50,618 nucleotides of DNA from Candidatus Binatia bacterium. GTDB taxonomy: Bacteria; Desulfobacterota; Binatia; UBA9968. The notes below the pieces were generated by a model. The model saw only the letters and a program-made list of their open reading frames with translations. It was not told the DNA's origin and searched no databases. The stretch is from contig JBGPTS010000003.1 of the NCBI GenBank assembly GCA_041490745.1, positions 1 to 50,618 of the forward strand. The letters run 5' to 3'. Below, piece by piece: positions 27,813-37,054 of the stretch. How positions within the stretch are numbered: position 1 is the stretch's first letter; each line of letters starts with the position of its first letter. The position numbers and the translations under genes are program-made.

Positions 27813-27844
27813 ATTCTAATGCCCGGCGTGTATCGCCTTTTCCA

Positions 27845-28471
27845 ATGAAAATCGCCAAAGAAGGTTATCGCGTCATCTTCGTTCCGGCGCTGTTGACGTT
27901 GGTTGCTGTTGTTCTCGGCTGGAATTGGCCGGCGGCGCTTTTCGCGCTCACCACCGCGGCCTTCGCCGCTTTTTTTCGCGATCCCGACCGCGTCGCGCCG
28001 CCCGGAGAAGATTTGATCCTGTCTCCGGCGGACGGCCGCATCGTCGAGATACGCGAGGTGAACGATGCGAAGGGCGGCGCGGCGAAAACGTGGCTCAGCA
28101 TTTTCATGTCGCCGCTCGACGTGCACGTGAATCGCGCGCCGGTTGGCGGGCGGGTGGAAGAGATCCGGTATCGAAAAGGACGGTTCATCGCCGCGTATAA
28201 GGACGACGCGTCGGAGAACAACGAGCGCAATACGCTCGTCATGGTCGATTCGAAAGGCCGTAAACTCGAGCTCGCGCAGATCGCCGGCGTGCTCGCCCGC
28301 CGAATCGTCTGCCGCGTTAACCGCGGAGCATCCTTGGAAGCTGGCGAAAGATTCGGTATAATCATGTTCGGTTCCAGAGTCGACGTTGAGTTTCCCCCGG
28401 GCGCGCGCATCGAAGTCGCCGAAGGGCAGCACGTTCGGGGCGGAGAGACGATTCTCGCGAGAAACGTATGA
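27845..28471 (+). CDS. psd: Phosphatidylserine decarboxylase proenzyme
   Basis: FFRDPDR, SPADG, IFMSPLDVHVNRAP, FGSRVD cleavage motif. Confidence 0.95.
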   Translation: MKIAKEGYRVIFVPALLTLVAVVLGWNWPAALFALTTAAFAAFFRDPDRVAPPGEDLILSPADGRIVEIREVNDAKGGAAKTWLSIFMSPLDVHVNRAPVGGRVEEIRYRKGRFIAAYKDDASENNERNTLVMVDSKGRKLELAQIAGVLARRIVCRVNRGASLEAGERFGIIMFGSRVDVEFPPGARIEVAEGQHVRGGETILARNV

Positions 28472-29328
28472 ACGAAATCAACGACCCGCAAAACGATCAA
28501 CTGGCGCGGGCCAAGGTGCGCCTGCTGCCGCGAAGGACGACGCCGCGGGTGCCGTTGAAGCAGCGCGTGCGTCAGCGGCAGGAGCAGCTCAGGAGAGGCG
28601 TCTATCTCATTCCCAGCCTCTTTACCGCGGGGAATTTGATTTGCGGCTTTTTCTCTCTCATCTCGACCTTCAATGGAGAATTTTTTCAGGCGGCGCTATT
28701 TATCATCCTGGCCAACGTGCTGGACGGGCTGGACGGGCTGGTCGCGCGTCTCACCAAAACCACGAGCCAGTTCGGCGTCGAGCTGGATTCGCTGGCCGAC
28801 CTGGTTTCGTTCGGCGTCGCCCCCGCGGTTCTCGTCTATTATTGGGCGCTGGTTCCGTGGGCCAGTTGGGGCTGGCTGGCCGCCTGTCTCTATGTGGTTT
28901 GCGGCGCGCTCCGGCTTGCGCGCTTCAACGTGCAGATCAAAAACGTGGAGAAGAGCCACTTCGTCGGCCTGCCGATTCCCGCGGCGGCGGAGATGATCGT
29001 CGCCACCGTCGTCCTTTATTATTTTCTCGGCGGCGAAGGCGCGGCGAATAAAGAAGTGATCCTTCTTCTCGTCATCTATCTGTTGGCGGGTTTGATGGTG
29101 AGCAGTTTGCGCTATTTCAGTTTTAAGCAGATCGCGTTCAAGAAGAAGCATCCTTTTTGGCTGCTGGTCTCGGCGATCCTCTTCATCAAGCTGTGCATCG
29201 CCGAGCCGCAGATTATGTTTTTTTCCTGTTTTCTCTTGTATACTCTCTCCGGCCCCCTCTTGTGGACCCTGACGTTTTATAAACGGCGACGGGAGAAGAG
29301 AGGGGAACTCGCAGAGGCGCTGCACTAG
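28468..29328 (+). CDS. pssA: CDP-diacylglycerol--serine O-phosphatidyltransferase
   Basis: DGLDGLVAR...FGVELDSLADLVSFGVAP, LRLARFN, FVGLPIP. Confidence 0.95.
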   Translation: MNEINDPQNDQLARAKVRLLPRRTTPRVPLKQRVRQRQEQLRRGVYLIPSLFTAGNLICGFFSLISTFNGEFFQAALFIILANVLDGLDGLVARLTKTTSQFGVELDSLADLVSFGVAPAVLVYYWALVPWASWGWLAACLYVVCGALRLARFNVQIKNVEKSHFVGLPIPAAAEMIVATVVLYYFLGGEGAANKEVILLLVIYLLAGLMVSSLRYFSFKQIAFKKKHPFWLLVSAILFIKLCIAEPQIMFFSCFLLYTLSGPLLWTLTFYKRRREKRGELAEALH

Positions 29329-29355
29329 TTCCCTTCTCAAGATGTCGTTGAGACG

Positions 29356-29396
29356 CTCCCGTCGGCGCAGCAGTGCCGCGGGAGTTTTTTTATTTT
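29356..29396 (+). terminator. Intrinsic terminator between pssA and leuA
   Basis: ctcccg-t-cggcgc-agca-gtgccg-cgggag stem followed by tttttttatttt. Confidence 0.75.
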
Positions 29397-29429
29397 AGCG
29401 CGCAGCTTTTTTATTTGTAGGAGGATGCC

Positions 29430-30980
29430 ATGTCGGGGAAAGTAAGAATATTCGATACCACGCTGAGAGACGGCGAGCAGTCGCCGGGCGCGAGCATGAC
29501 GGTCGAACAGAAGCTCGTCATCGCGCGGCAGTTGGAAAAGCTCGGCGTCGACGTGATCGAAGCCGGATTTGCCGCATCGTCGGACGGCGATTTCGAGTCG
29601 GTCGCCCGGATTTCCGAGGAGGTAAGCCGGCCGCTAATCGTCAGCCTGGCCCGCTCTCAGGAAGGCGATATCAATCGAGCACTGAAGGCCGTGGAACAGG
29701 CGAAGAATCCCGGGATTCACATTTTTATCGCCACCTCCGATATTCATCTGAAGCACAAGCTCAGAATGTCTCGGCAGGAAGTTCTCGAGGCCGCCGTCAA
29801 AGCCGTGAGCTACGCCAAGAAACACATCGACTATATCGAATTCTCGGCCGAAGACGCATCGCGGAGCGATCCCGACTTCCTGATCCAAGTATTTAAGGAG
29901 GTCATTCGGGCGGGCGCCAAAACGATTAACGTGCCGGACACGACCGGGTACGCGATCCCGTCGGAGTTCGGCGCCTTGATGAGCAACTTGATCGAGCGCA
30001 CGGCGGGCGCCGACCGGGTGACGTGGAGCGCTCACTGTCACAACGACCTCGGTCTTGCGGTGGCGAACTCGCTCGCCGCGGTGCATAACGGCGCGCGGCA
30101 GATCGAATGCACCATCAACGGCATCGGCGAGCGCGCGGGCAACACCTCGCTGGAAGAAGTCGTGATGGCGCTCCGGACGAGAAAAAATTATCTCGATCTG
30201 GATACCGGCGTCGTTACGGAGCAAATTTATCCGACGTCCCGATTGGTGTCCCAGGTGACCGGCATTCCGATTCCGATCAACAAGCCGATCGTCGGCGACA
30301 ACGCGTTCGCGCACGAGGCGGGCATCCACCAGGACGGCGTGCTGAAGCACAAGCAAACGTACGAAATCATGACGCCGGAATCGATCGGCATTCCCGGCAA
30401 TCGGCTGGTGATGGGAAAACATTCCGGGCGCCACGCTTTCGACGAGCGGTTGAAACACCTGGGCTTCACCTTGAGCAAGGAAGACATGAACCGGGCGTTC
30501 GTGCGCTTCAAAGAATTGGCGGACAAGAAAAAGAACGTTTACGACGAGGATATCGAGGCGATCGTCGCCGAAGAGATTCTCAGGGTGCCGGGCCAACCCG
30601 ACCGTTACGAGCTTCTCTACTTGAGCGTCAACTCGAGCTCCGACGGCGTCCCCGCGGCGACGATAAAACTGCGCGTCAACGGCGAGGAAAAAATGGAACA
30701 CGCCACGGGCGACGGGGCGGTTGACGCGTGTTACAAAGCGATCGCCAAGATTACGGGCTCCGAGTCGCAGCTCGTGCGCTACTCTGTGAACGCGATTACC
30801 GGCGGCGCCGACGCCCAGGGAGGCGTCTCGTGCGTGATCGAGGACGACGGCATGCGCGTTTCCGGCCAGGGAGCGCACACGGACATCATCATGGCGAGCG
30901 CGCTCGCGTACATCAACGCGCTCAACAAACTCGAAGGGCGGAAGCATTATCGGCAAGTGGTGGATCGGGAAGGGCCGTAG
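29430..30980 (+). CDS. leuA: 2-isopropylmalate synthase
   Basis: FDTTLRDGEQSPG, HCHNDLG, GIGERAGN, HEAGIHQDG, C-terminal regulatory domain. Confidence 0.97.
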   Translation: MSGKVRIFDTTLRDGEQSPGASMTVEQKLVIARQLEKLGVDVIEAGFAASSDGDFESVARISEEVSRPLIVSLARSQEGDINRALKAVEQAKNPGIHIFIATSDIHLKHKLRMSRQEVLEAAVKAVSYAKKHIDYIEFSAEDASRSDPDFLIQVFKEVIRAGAKTINVPDTTGYAIPSEFGALMSNLIERTAGADRVTWSAHCHNDLGLAVANSLAAVHNGARQIECTINGIGERAGNTSLEEVVMALRTRKNYLDLDTGVVTEQIYPTSRLVSQVTGIPIPINKPIVGDNAFAHEAGIHQDGVLKHKQTYEIMTPESIGIPGNRLVMGKHSGRHAFDERLKHLGFTLSKEDMNRAFVRFKELADKKKNVYDEDIEAIVAEEILRVPGQPDRYELLYLSVNSSSDGVPAATIKLRVNGEEKMEHATGDGAVDACYKAIAKITGSESQLVRYSVNAITGGADAQGGVSCVIEDDGMRVSGQGAHTDIIMASALAYINALNKLEGRKHYRQVVDREGP

Positions 30981-30989
30981 AATAGTTTT

Positions 30990-31020
30990 GAGTTCCGGGT
31001 TCCGGGTTTCGAGTTTCGGG
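30990..31020. repeat. TTCCGGG/TTTCGAG heptamer array
   Basis: gagttccgggttccgggtttcgagtttcggg. Confidence 0.7.
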
Positions 31021-31028
31021 GAGTCGGA

Positions 31029-31120
31029 GAGATCCTTCACGGAGTTTACCCTGAGTGAAGGCGAAGGGTTTAGGATGACAAACTGCTTTTCGTGTCATTC
31101 TGAGCGGAACGAAGAATCTC
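31029..31120. repeat. REP-like inverted pair (GAGATCCTTC..GGATGACA / TGTCATTCTGAG..GAAGAATCTC) with nested module variant at 31043-31069
   Basis: Inverted arms; nested segment matches 43978-44004 at 20 of 27 positions. Confidence 0.7.
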
Positions 31121-31154
31121 AACTTTTGATGGATTGAAAAAGGAGGGGGCGGAG

Positions 31155-32234
31155 TTGAACTACAAAATTGCGGTGTTGCCGGGAGACGGGATCGGGCCGG
31201 AAGTCGTGCGCGAAGGGACGCAGCTCTTGAGCCGCGTCGCGTCGCTCTACGACTTCCGCGTGGAGTACGAAGAGGGAGTGGTCGGCGGCGCTTCGATCGA
31301 CGCGCACGGCAAGCCGCTCGTCGATTCGGTGCTGCAGCTTGCGAAGCAGAGCGACGCGGTTTTGCTCGGCGCGATGGGCGGGCCGAAGTGGGACGCTTTG
31401 GATTATTCCATCCGTCCGGAGCGAGCGCTGCTGGCGCTGCGCCAGGAACTGGGTCTTTTCGCCAATCTCCGGCCGGTGAAACTTTTCTCCGCGCTCGCCG
31501 CCGCGTCAACGCTCAAACGCGAAGTGGTCGAAGGGACCGATCTGCTCGTCGTGCGCGAGCTGACCGGCGGGATTTATTTCGGCCAGCCGAAGGGGATCAC
31601 CAAGCTTCCGGACGGAACCGAGCGCGGCGTCAACACGGAGGTCTATACGACACCGGAGATCGAGCGCATCGCGCGCGTCGGATTCGACGCCGGGCGCAAG
31701 CGGCGGAAAAAAGTGACTTCGGTCGATAAAGCGAACGTGCTGGAAGCGACCGAACTGTGGCGCAAGGTCGTCACGCGCGTGCACAAAGAAAACGGCTACG
31801 GCGACATTGCGCTCGATCACATGCTGGTGGACAACTGTGCCATGCAGCTCATCCGCGATCCGAAACAGTTCGACGTGATCGTCACGACCAACATGTTCGG
31901 CGATATCTTGAGCGACGAAGCGGCGATGCTGACCGGCTCGATCGGCATGCTGCCGTCGGCGAGTCTCGGCGGCAAAGTCGGCATGTACGAGCCGGTGCAC
32001 GGCACGGCGCCGGACATCGCCGGAAAGGACATGGCGAACCCGCTCGCGACGATCCTCACTGTCGCGCTGATGCTGCGCCATTCGCTCGATCAGGGCAAGG
32101 CGGCGGACCGGATCGAAAAAGCCGTGGAAGAAGTGCTCAACGAAGGCTACCGCACCGCCGATATCAAATCGGAAGGCTGCAAACTCATCGGCTGCAAGGA
32201 GATGGGCAAGCGGGTCAGGGAAAAAATAAGTTGA
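31155..32234 (+). CDS. leuB: 3-isopropylmalate dehydrogenase
   Basis: [51 protein letters not shown]; TTG start after AGGAGG. Confidence 0.97.
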   Translation: MNYKIAVLPGDGIGPEVVREGTQLLSRVASLYDFRVEYEEGVVGGASIDAHGKPLVDSVLQLAKQSDAVLLGAMGGPKWDALDYSIRPERALLALRQELGLFANLRPVKLFSALAAASTLKREVVEGTDLLVVRELTGGIYFGQPKGITKLPDGTERGVNTEVYTTPEIERIARVGFDAGRKRRKKVTSVDKANVLEATELWRKVVTRVHKENGYGDIALDHMLVDNCAMQLIRDPKQFDVIVTTNMFGDILSDEAAMLTGSIGMLPSASLGGKVGMYEPVHGTAPDIAGKDMANPLATILTVALMLRHSLDQGKAADRIEKAVEEVLNEGYRTADIKSEGCKLIGCKEMGKRVREKIS

Positions 32235-32265
32235 CGCGGAGAATCGGAGAAAAGGATTAAAGACC

Positions 32266-33288
32266 GTGAAGAAAGAAAAATATAACGTTGCGGTGGTCGG
32301 CGCGACGGGCGCGGTCGGCGAGCAGATGCGCGAGGTGCTGCAGGAGCGGCTCTTTCCGGTGGGCGAGCTGCGCTTGCTCGCGTCGGAGCGGTCTGCCGGC
32401 CAGACGCTTCAGTTTCAAGAAGAGTACCTCCGCGTCGAGGTGCTGAAGGCAGATTCTTTTAAGGACATCGACATCGCGCTTTTTTCCGCCGGCGGATCGG
32501 TGAGCGACAAGTTTGCGCCGCTCGCGGTCCAGGCGGGGAGCGTCGTGGTCGATAACACCGCGCGCTTTCGCATGGAGCCGGACGTGCCGCTGGTCGTGCC
32601 GGAGGTGAACGCGAAAGAAATTTCTGCGTACAAAAAGCGCGGTATCATCGCCAATCCGAATTGCTCGACCATTCAGATGGTCGTGGCGCTGAAGCCGATT
32701 CACGACGCCGCGCGGATCAAGCGGGTCGTCGTCTCGACTTATCAATCGACTTCAGGCGCGGGCAGAAAAGCGATGGAGGAGCTGAGCCACCAGACCGTAG
32801 ATCTGTTCAATGGCAAGGAGATCACGAAGGAGAAGTTCCCTTACCAGATCGCCTTCAACTGCATCCCGCACATCGACGTCTTCCTGCCGGGCGGCTACAC
32901 CAAGGAAGAGAAGAAGATGATCGACGAGACCAAAAAAATCATGGGCGACGCCTCGATCGGCGTCACCGCGACCTGCGTGCGCGTGCCGGTCTTTTGCGGC
33001 CATTCCGAGTCGGTCAACGTCGAGACGGAGAAGAAGCTTACCGTCGGAGACGTGAGGGCGATCTTGCGCGAAGCGCCGGGGATTTTGCTTTGCGACGCGC
33101 CGGAGGAGAACGTTTATCCGATGGCGCTCGACTGCGTCGGCACCGACGCGACGATGGTGGGAAGAATCCGCGAGGACGATTCCATCCCGAACGGGATCAA
33201 CCTGTGGATCGTCGCCGACAACCTGCGCAAAGGCGCGGCGCTGAACGCGGTGCAGATCGCGGAGATTTTGATCAGGGATTATTTATAG
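32266..33288 (+). CDS. asd: Aspartate-semialdehyde dehydrogenase
   Basis: VGATGAVG, ANPNCSTIQ, CVRVPVFCGHS, DNLRKGAALN. Confidence 0.97.
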   Translation: MKKEKYNVAVVGATGAVGEQMREVLQERLFPVGELRLLASERSAGQTLQFQEEYLRVEVLKADSFKDIDIALFSAGGSVSDKFAPLAVQAGSVVVDNTARFRMEPDVPLVVPEVNAKEISAYKKRGIIANPNCSTIQMVVALKPIHDAARIKRVVVSTYQSTSGAGRKAMEELSHQTVDLFNGKEITKEKFPYQIAFNCIPHIDVFLPGGYTKEEKKMIDETKKIMGDASIGVTATCVRVPVFCGHSESVNVETEKKLTVGDVRAILREAPGILLCDAPEENVYPMALDCVGTDATMVGRIREDDSIPNGINLWIVADNLRKGAALNAVQIAEILIRDYL

Positions 33289-33305
33289 ATTTTGCAGCGA
33301 TCGGT

Positions 33306-33491
33306 CTAACACGGCGAGTAGACGTCAACCTGCTCGCAGCCCTGCTCGATCGCTTCGCGCATCAGTTTCGCATCCTCCGGCGAGATTGAGCCTGCGAAAT
33401 GCAGCAGTTGTTGACCAGCTACGCCCCGCTGGGCGGCGTGCGTTATCTTCCAACCTTCGGCTTCCAATTGTTTTTTCTTTTCGTGACGCGT
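33306..33491 (-). pseudogene. In-frame chimera of two antitoxin-like fragments (ACG in place of a start codon)
   Basis: RHEKKKQLEAEGWKI (resembles the N-terminus of XRE/HigA-type antitoxins) joined to RGVAGQQLLHFAGSISPEDAKLMREAIEQGCEQVD (resembles the tail of small PIN-associated antitoxins); GGGAG upstream. Confidence 0.5.
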
Positions 33492-33519
33492 GGTCCTACT
33501 CCCTTTGGCTCATCGCCGG

Positions 33520-33735
33520 TTAAGAGTTCTTTTTACCGCGCGTCTTGCTCGTTGCCGCCAAAATTTGATCGAGCGTGAGGTCTTTAAACAGGGTCTCGCG
33601 TTCTTCGGTGTAGTTGCCGTACCCGATCGTGAACTGGTTAAGAAAGCGCACCGTGCTCACAATGCCGATCTGCTTGAAAAGGAGATCGACAGCCTCTTGC
33701 GTAATTTCACTCAGCGGTTTCGCTTGAATACTCAT
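33520..33735 (-). CDS. Small putative antitoxin (type usually next to PIN toxins)
   Basis: 71 aa; GIVSTVRFLNQF..GYGNYTEER; RBS GAGGAGG. Confidence 0.6.
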   Translation of the reverse strand: MSIQAKPLSEITQEAVDLLFKQIGIVSTVRFLNQFTIGYGNYTEERETLFKDLTLDQILAATSKTRGKKNS

Positions 33736-33887
33736 TTCGTTACCTCCTCAATCAATTCTAACGGTGACGCTACTTTGGTCTGTAGAGTGTCTTCCGCGAC
33801 CACTTTTTCTTCAGTCTGCTGTTCGTAATGGGCGATAACCTTCCGTACTCGCTCCTCATCCCAACCCGGCGGAAATTTATTCTTCAT
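33732..33887 (-). pseudogene. 51-aa chimeric ORF: antitoxin-like N-terminus fused to PIN-toxin-like C-terminal tail
   Basis: MKNKFPPGWDEERVRKVIAHYEQQTEEKVVAED + TLQTKVASPLELIEEVTK; ATGA overlaps at both ends. Confidence 0.5.
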
Positions 33888-34342
33888 CGCTTCCTACTAT
33901 CGACAATCCGGCCGTCAGACAGGACGAGTTGAACACTCCCGTCGGCCGTCCAAGACTGTGCTACCACTCGCGGACCTTTACCCCGCAGGCCATCACAGAT
34001 CCGCTCGTGTAGCTCAGCAAACGCGACTGAAGCATACTCTCGACCGGAGAGAACCAACAAGGGCTTGATGTACTCCTGGGCGGAACGATCAGTTCCCTTT
34101 TTGGTTTCTTCCGTAATTATTACGACCGCACGCACAAACTTGCTATCCCCATGGGCATCGACCTCTACGGGAGGCGGCAGAAACTCTGCATACGGGTCAC
34201 CGTTCTCGTAACCAAAACCCGGTGTTGGTGTGCCAATGTGCGCGGGAACTCCTTGAGCGGTGACCTCGATCCACTCGCAGCCAACATAGTGGTCGCCATA
34301 ACGAGGAAACTTTAGCGACCAGAGCGTGGCATAGACGCTCAT
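33884..34342 (-). CDS. Hypothetical protein
   Basis: 152-aa ORF with RBS-like GGCGAG in the AT-richer islet. Confidence 0.7.
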   Translation of the reverse strand: MSVYATLWSLKFPRYGDHYVGCEWIEVTAQGVPAHIGTPTPGFGYENGDPYAEFLPPPVEVDAHGDSKFVRAVVIITEETKKGTDRSAQEYIKPLLVLSGREYASVAFAELHERICDGLRGKGPRVVAQSWTADGSVQLVLSDGRIVDSRKR

Positions 34343-34569
34343 TTTACTCGCCGCCTCTTTGAGGATGGTGAAAGACGTATCATTTTATTAAATTCAGTTG
34401 GTCATATCCATAACTGCTAGCAAGACTTTAGAGATTGTCCGGGCTTCATAAGGAATTGTCAAGACTGTTCATCGCCATACGGGACGGAATTAGGTTTTGC
34501 TCCAAGTGCAACAATCACGAAGTCATCCGTAGTCTGGCAAGCGTTGTTCGCTTAGGATAGAAAAAGCAC

Positions 34570-35721
34570 ATGGCAGAATCTTTCGACCTCTCCCTCATCA
34601 CCCGCGGGGCGCGGATTCGTCGCTCGCCGTTCTTCGAGGCGACGCAGAAATACGGCTGCAAGAGTTACACGGTTTACAACCACATGTTGTTGCCGAGTTG
34701 CTTCGACGATCCCGTGAAAGAATACTGGAAGCTGATCGAGGGCGTGACGTTGTGGGACGTGGGCGTGGAGCGGCAGGTGGAGATCACCGGGCCGGATGCG
34801 TTCGCGTTCACGAACATGCTGACGCCGCGGGATTTGAGCAAGTGCAAAGTGGGGCAGGGGAAGTACGTGCTCATCACGGACGAGAACGGCGGCATCATCA
34901 ACGATCCCGTTCTCATGCGTCTCGGAGAAAATCACTTCTGGTTGGCCGTCGCCGACAGCGACGTGCTGCTGTGGACGAAAGGCGTTGCGCGTCATTCTGG
35001 CATGAAGGTCGAGATCAAAGAACCGGATGTCTCGCCGATTCAGATTCAAGGGCCAAAGTCGAAATCGGTAATGGCGCGGCTTTTCGGCAAAGAGATTTTG
35101 GAGATGCCGTACTATCATTTCGTCGAGACCAAGCTCGACGGCATTCCCATCATCGTCACGCGCACCGGTTGGACGGGAGAAGCCGGCTACGAAATTTATC
35201 TCCGGGACGGCAGCCGCGGCGTGGAGCTGTGGGAGAAGGTGATGGACGCGGGAAAGCCGGACGGCATCACGCCGACGGGGCCGTCGGATATCCGGCGCAT
35301 CGAGGCGGGCATACTCAACTACGGCATCGACATGACGCTTGAGAACAATCCGTATGAAGTCGGATTAGAGCGGCTGGTGGATTCAGACAAGCAAGCCGAT
35401 TTCATCGGCAAAGAAACGTTGAAGCGCATCAAAGCGCAAGGCGTGAAGCGGAAGTTAGTCGGTATCGAGATCGACGGCGCGCCGCTGGATTTAAATCTCA
35501 TACGCTGGGCGGTGCGGCGCGACGGCAAGGCAGTCGGCCATGTCACCTCGGCCGTTTTCTCACCGCGCCTCAAGAAAAATATCGGCTACGCGATGCTGCC
35601 CGTCGAACACACGGTGTTGGGAACTATGTTCGCGGTTCAGGTGACGGATTCGGAAGAACGACGCGCGACGGTTGTGAAAAGACCTTTCATCGATCCCGGC
35701 AAAGAAATTCCCAAGTCATAG
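34570..35721 (+). CDS. GcvT-family aminomethyltransferase/demethylase (DmdA-like)
   Basis: LWDVGVERQVEITGPDA, GGIINDP, RTGWTGEAGYEIY, RRIEAG, GHVTSAVFSP. Confidence 0.88.
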   Translation: MAESFDLSLITRGARIRRSPFFEATQKYGCKSYTVYNHMLLPSCFDDPVKEYWKLIEGVTLWDVGVERQVEITGPDAFAFTNMLTPRDLSKCKVGQGKYVLITDENGGIINDPVLMRLGENHFWLAVADSDVLLWTKGVARHSGMKVEIKEPDVSPIQIQGPKSKSVMARLFGKEILEMPYYHFVETKLDGIPIIVTRTGWTGEAGYEIYLRDGSRGVELWEKVMDAGKPDGITPTGPSDIRRIEAGILNYGIDMTLENNPYEVGLERLVDSDKQADFIGKETLKRIKAQGVKRKLVGIEIDGAPLDLNLIRWAVRRDGKAVGHVTSAVFSPRLKKNIGYAMLPVEHTVLGTMFAVQVTDSEERRATVVKRPFIDPGKEIPKS

Positions 35722-35725
35722 CAAA

Positions 35726-36916
35726 TTATCCCGTTCCCCGGCGCGGCGCGATAAACCGGCACGCCCACAGCGACACAAAAAACGCCGCCGTGATCATCAG
35801 CGGGCCGACGAGGAAGAGGCGGCCCACGCCGGTGAAGGTCGCGATCAACCCGCCGAGACTCGGTCCCAAAATATTTCCCACATCGCCCGCCGCGTTGTAG
35901 ATGCCGGAGATCACGCCGCGGCTCACGCGCGTCGTGTCCACGTCCTCCACCATGCTGATCGAGTTCGCCACGATGACGATCGCGCGGACAAAGCCCGCGA
36001 GGAGAAAAACCGTCATCAGCGGTCCAAAATTATGCGTAAACGGCACCAGCATCATGAACGCCGATTGCAGCGGCAGGCCGAAGCGCGAGAGCTTGCGCTG
36101 CCCGATGTTTTTCGCCACCGAGCCGCTGAAAGGGCGCGTGACGGCGTTGCACAGCGAATAGAACGCGCGCACGGCGCCGACTTGCGTGAGCGACAGGCCG
36201 ACGGCGAGACCGTAGAGCGGCAAGAACGAATGGCCCATCTGGTGCAGCAAATTAAGAAACATTGCGACGATGACGATCGCCGCCACTTTCGGCTCCCAAA
36301 TTCTCTTGAGCGACGTGAAGACGGGTTCGGCCGCCGCTTTCTTGGCAGACTCTTCGCCGGCTTTATGCGCCCGCGGCGTCTTTAAGAAGAGCAGTAGCGC
36401 GATGCACAAGAGGCCCAGCAGCGAGGCGAACTGAAACGTGGCCGCGTAGCCGAGCTTATCCGCGACGTAGCCGGCGGCGAACCCACCGATGGAATATCCG
36501 ATCGCGAGGCAGCCGGTGTAATAGCCCATCGCGTGATGACGGTCCTCGTCCGGCGGCAGGCCATCGACGAAGAACGCCAGATAGATCGTCGTCGCCGCGC
36601 CGTAGGCGAAGCCATAAAACGCCTGCACGAGCGCGAAATATACGGGCTCGACGGCGAAGCTGTAAAGAAAAGTGCAGGCGGTCATGACCGAAAGCGCGGC
36701 GATCAACAACAGGCGTGAGCGCTCACGGCGGTAAATCAATCCCGACGGCAGGCGCGCGGCGAGCGCGAGCACGGGCGCGACCGAAATAAGCGAGCCGATG
36801 GCGGAAACGTGATAATGCAGGTCGTCGAGAAACGGCGGGATCACGAGCGACGCCGCGGTTTGCTGCGCGGTCATCGCCATGATCGGAAGACAAAGCTTCA
36901 GCGTGCTCGCCTTCAT
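35726..36916 (-). CDS. MFS transporter
   Basis: About 12 hydrophobic segments; GYVADKLG, GNILGPSLGG. Confidence 0.88.
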   Translation of the reverse strand: MKASTLKLCLPIMAMTAQQTAASLVIPPFLDDLHYHVSAIGSLISVAPVLALAARLPSGLIYRRERSRLLLIAALSVMTACTFLYSFAVEPVYFALVQAFYGFAYGAATTIYLAFFVDGLPPDEDRHHAMGYYTGCLAIGYSIGGFAAGYVADKLGYAATFQFASLLGLLCIALLLFLKTPRAHKAGEESAKKAAAEPVFTSLKRIWEPKVAAIVIVAMFLNLLHQMGHSFLPLYGLAVGLSLTQVGAVRAFYSLCNAVTRPFSGSVAKNIGQRKLSRFGLPLQSAFMMLVPFTHNFGPLMTVFLLAGFVRAIVIVANSISMVEDVDTTRVSRGVISGIYNAAGDVGNILGPSLGGLIATFTGVGRLFLVGPLMITAAFFVSLWACRFIAPRRGTG

Positions 36917-37054
36917 CCGCCGATCCGCCGCCTACCGCCAAACCGCCGCGCTCGTTCCATCGCCAGAAGTTTTTACCCCAAGCCGACGCCGACTTCCAGC
37001 GCGATGGAAAATTTCTTCACGTTGAAGTAAGAAAGACGGAACCGGAGGATTCGA

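Noticed and set aside
29342-29398. Short ORF MSLRRSRRRSSAAGVFLF as a leu leader peptide
   Set aside because: No Leu run, no RBS, and it runs through the terminator itself
26744-33288. Phospholipid genes psd-pssA embedded among ilv/leu genes
   Set aside because: An arrangement I recall as common in deltaproteobacterial genomes, so not novel in itself
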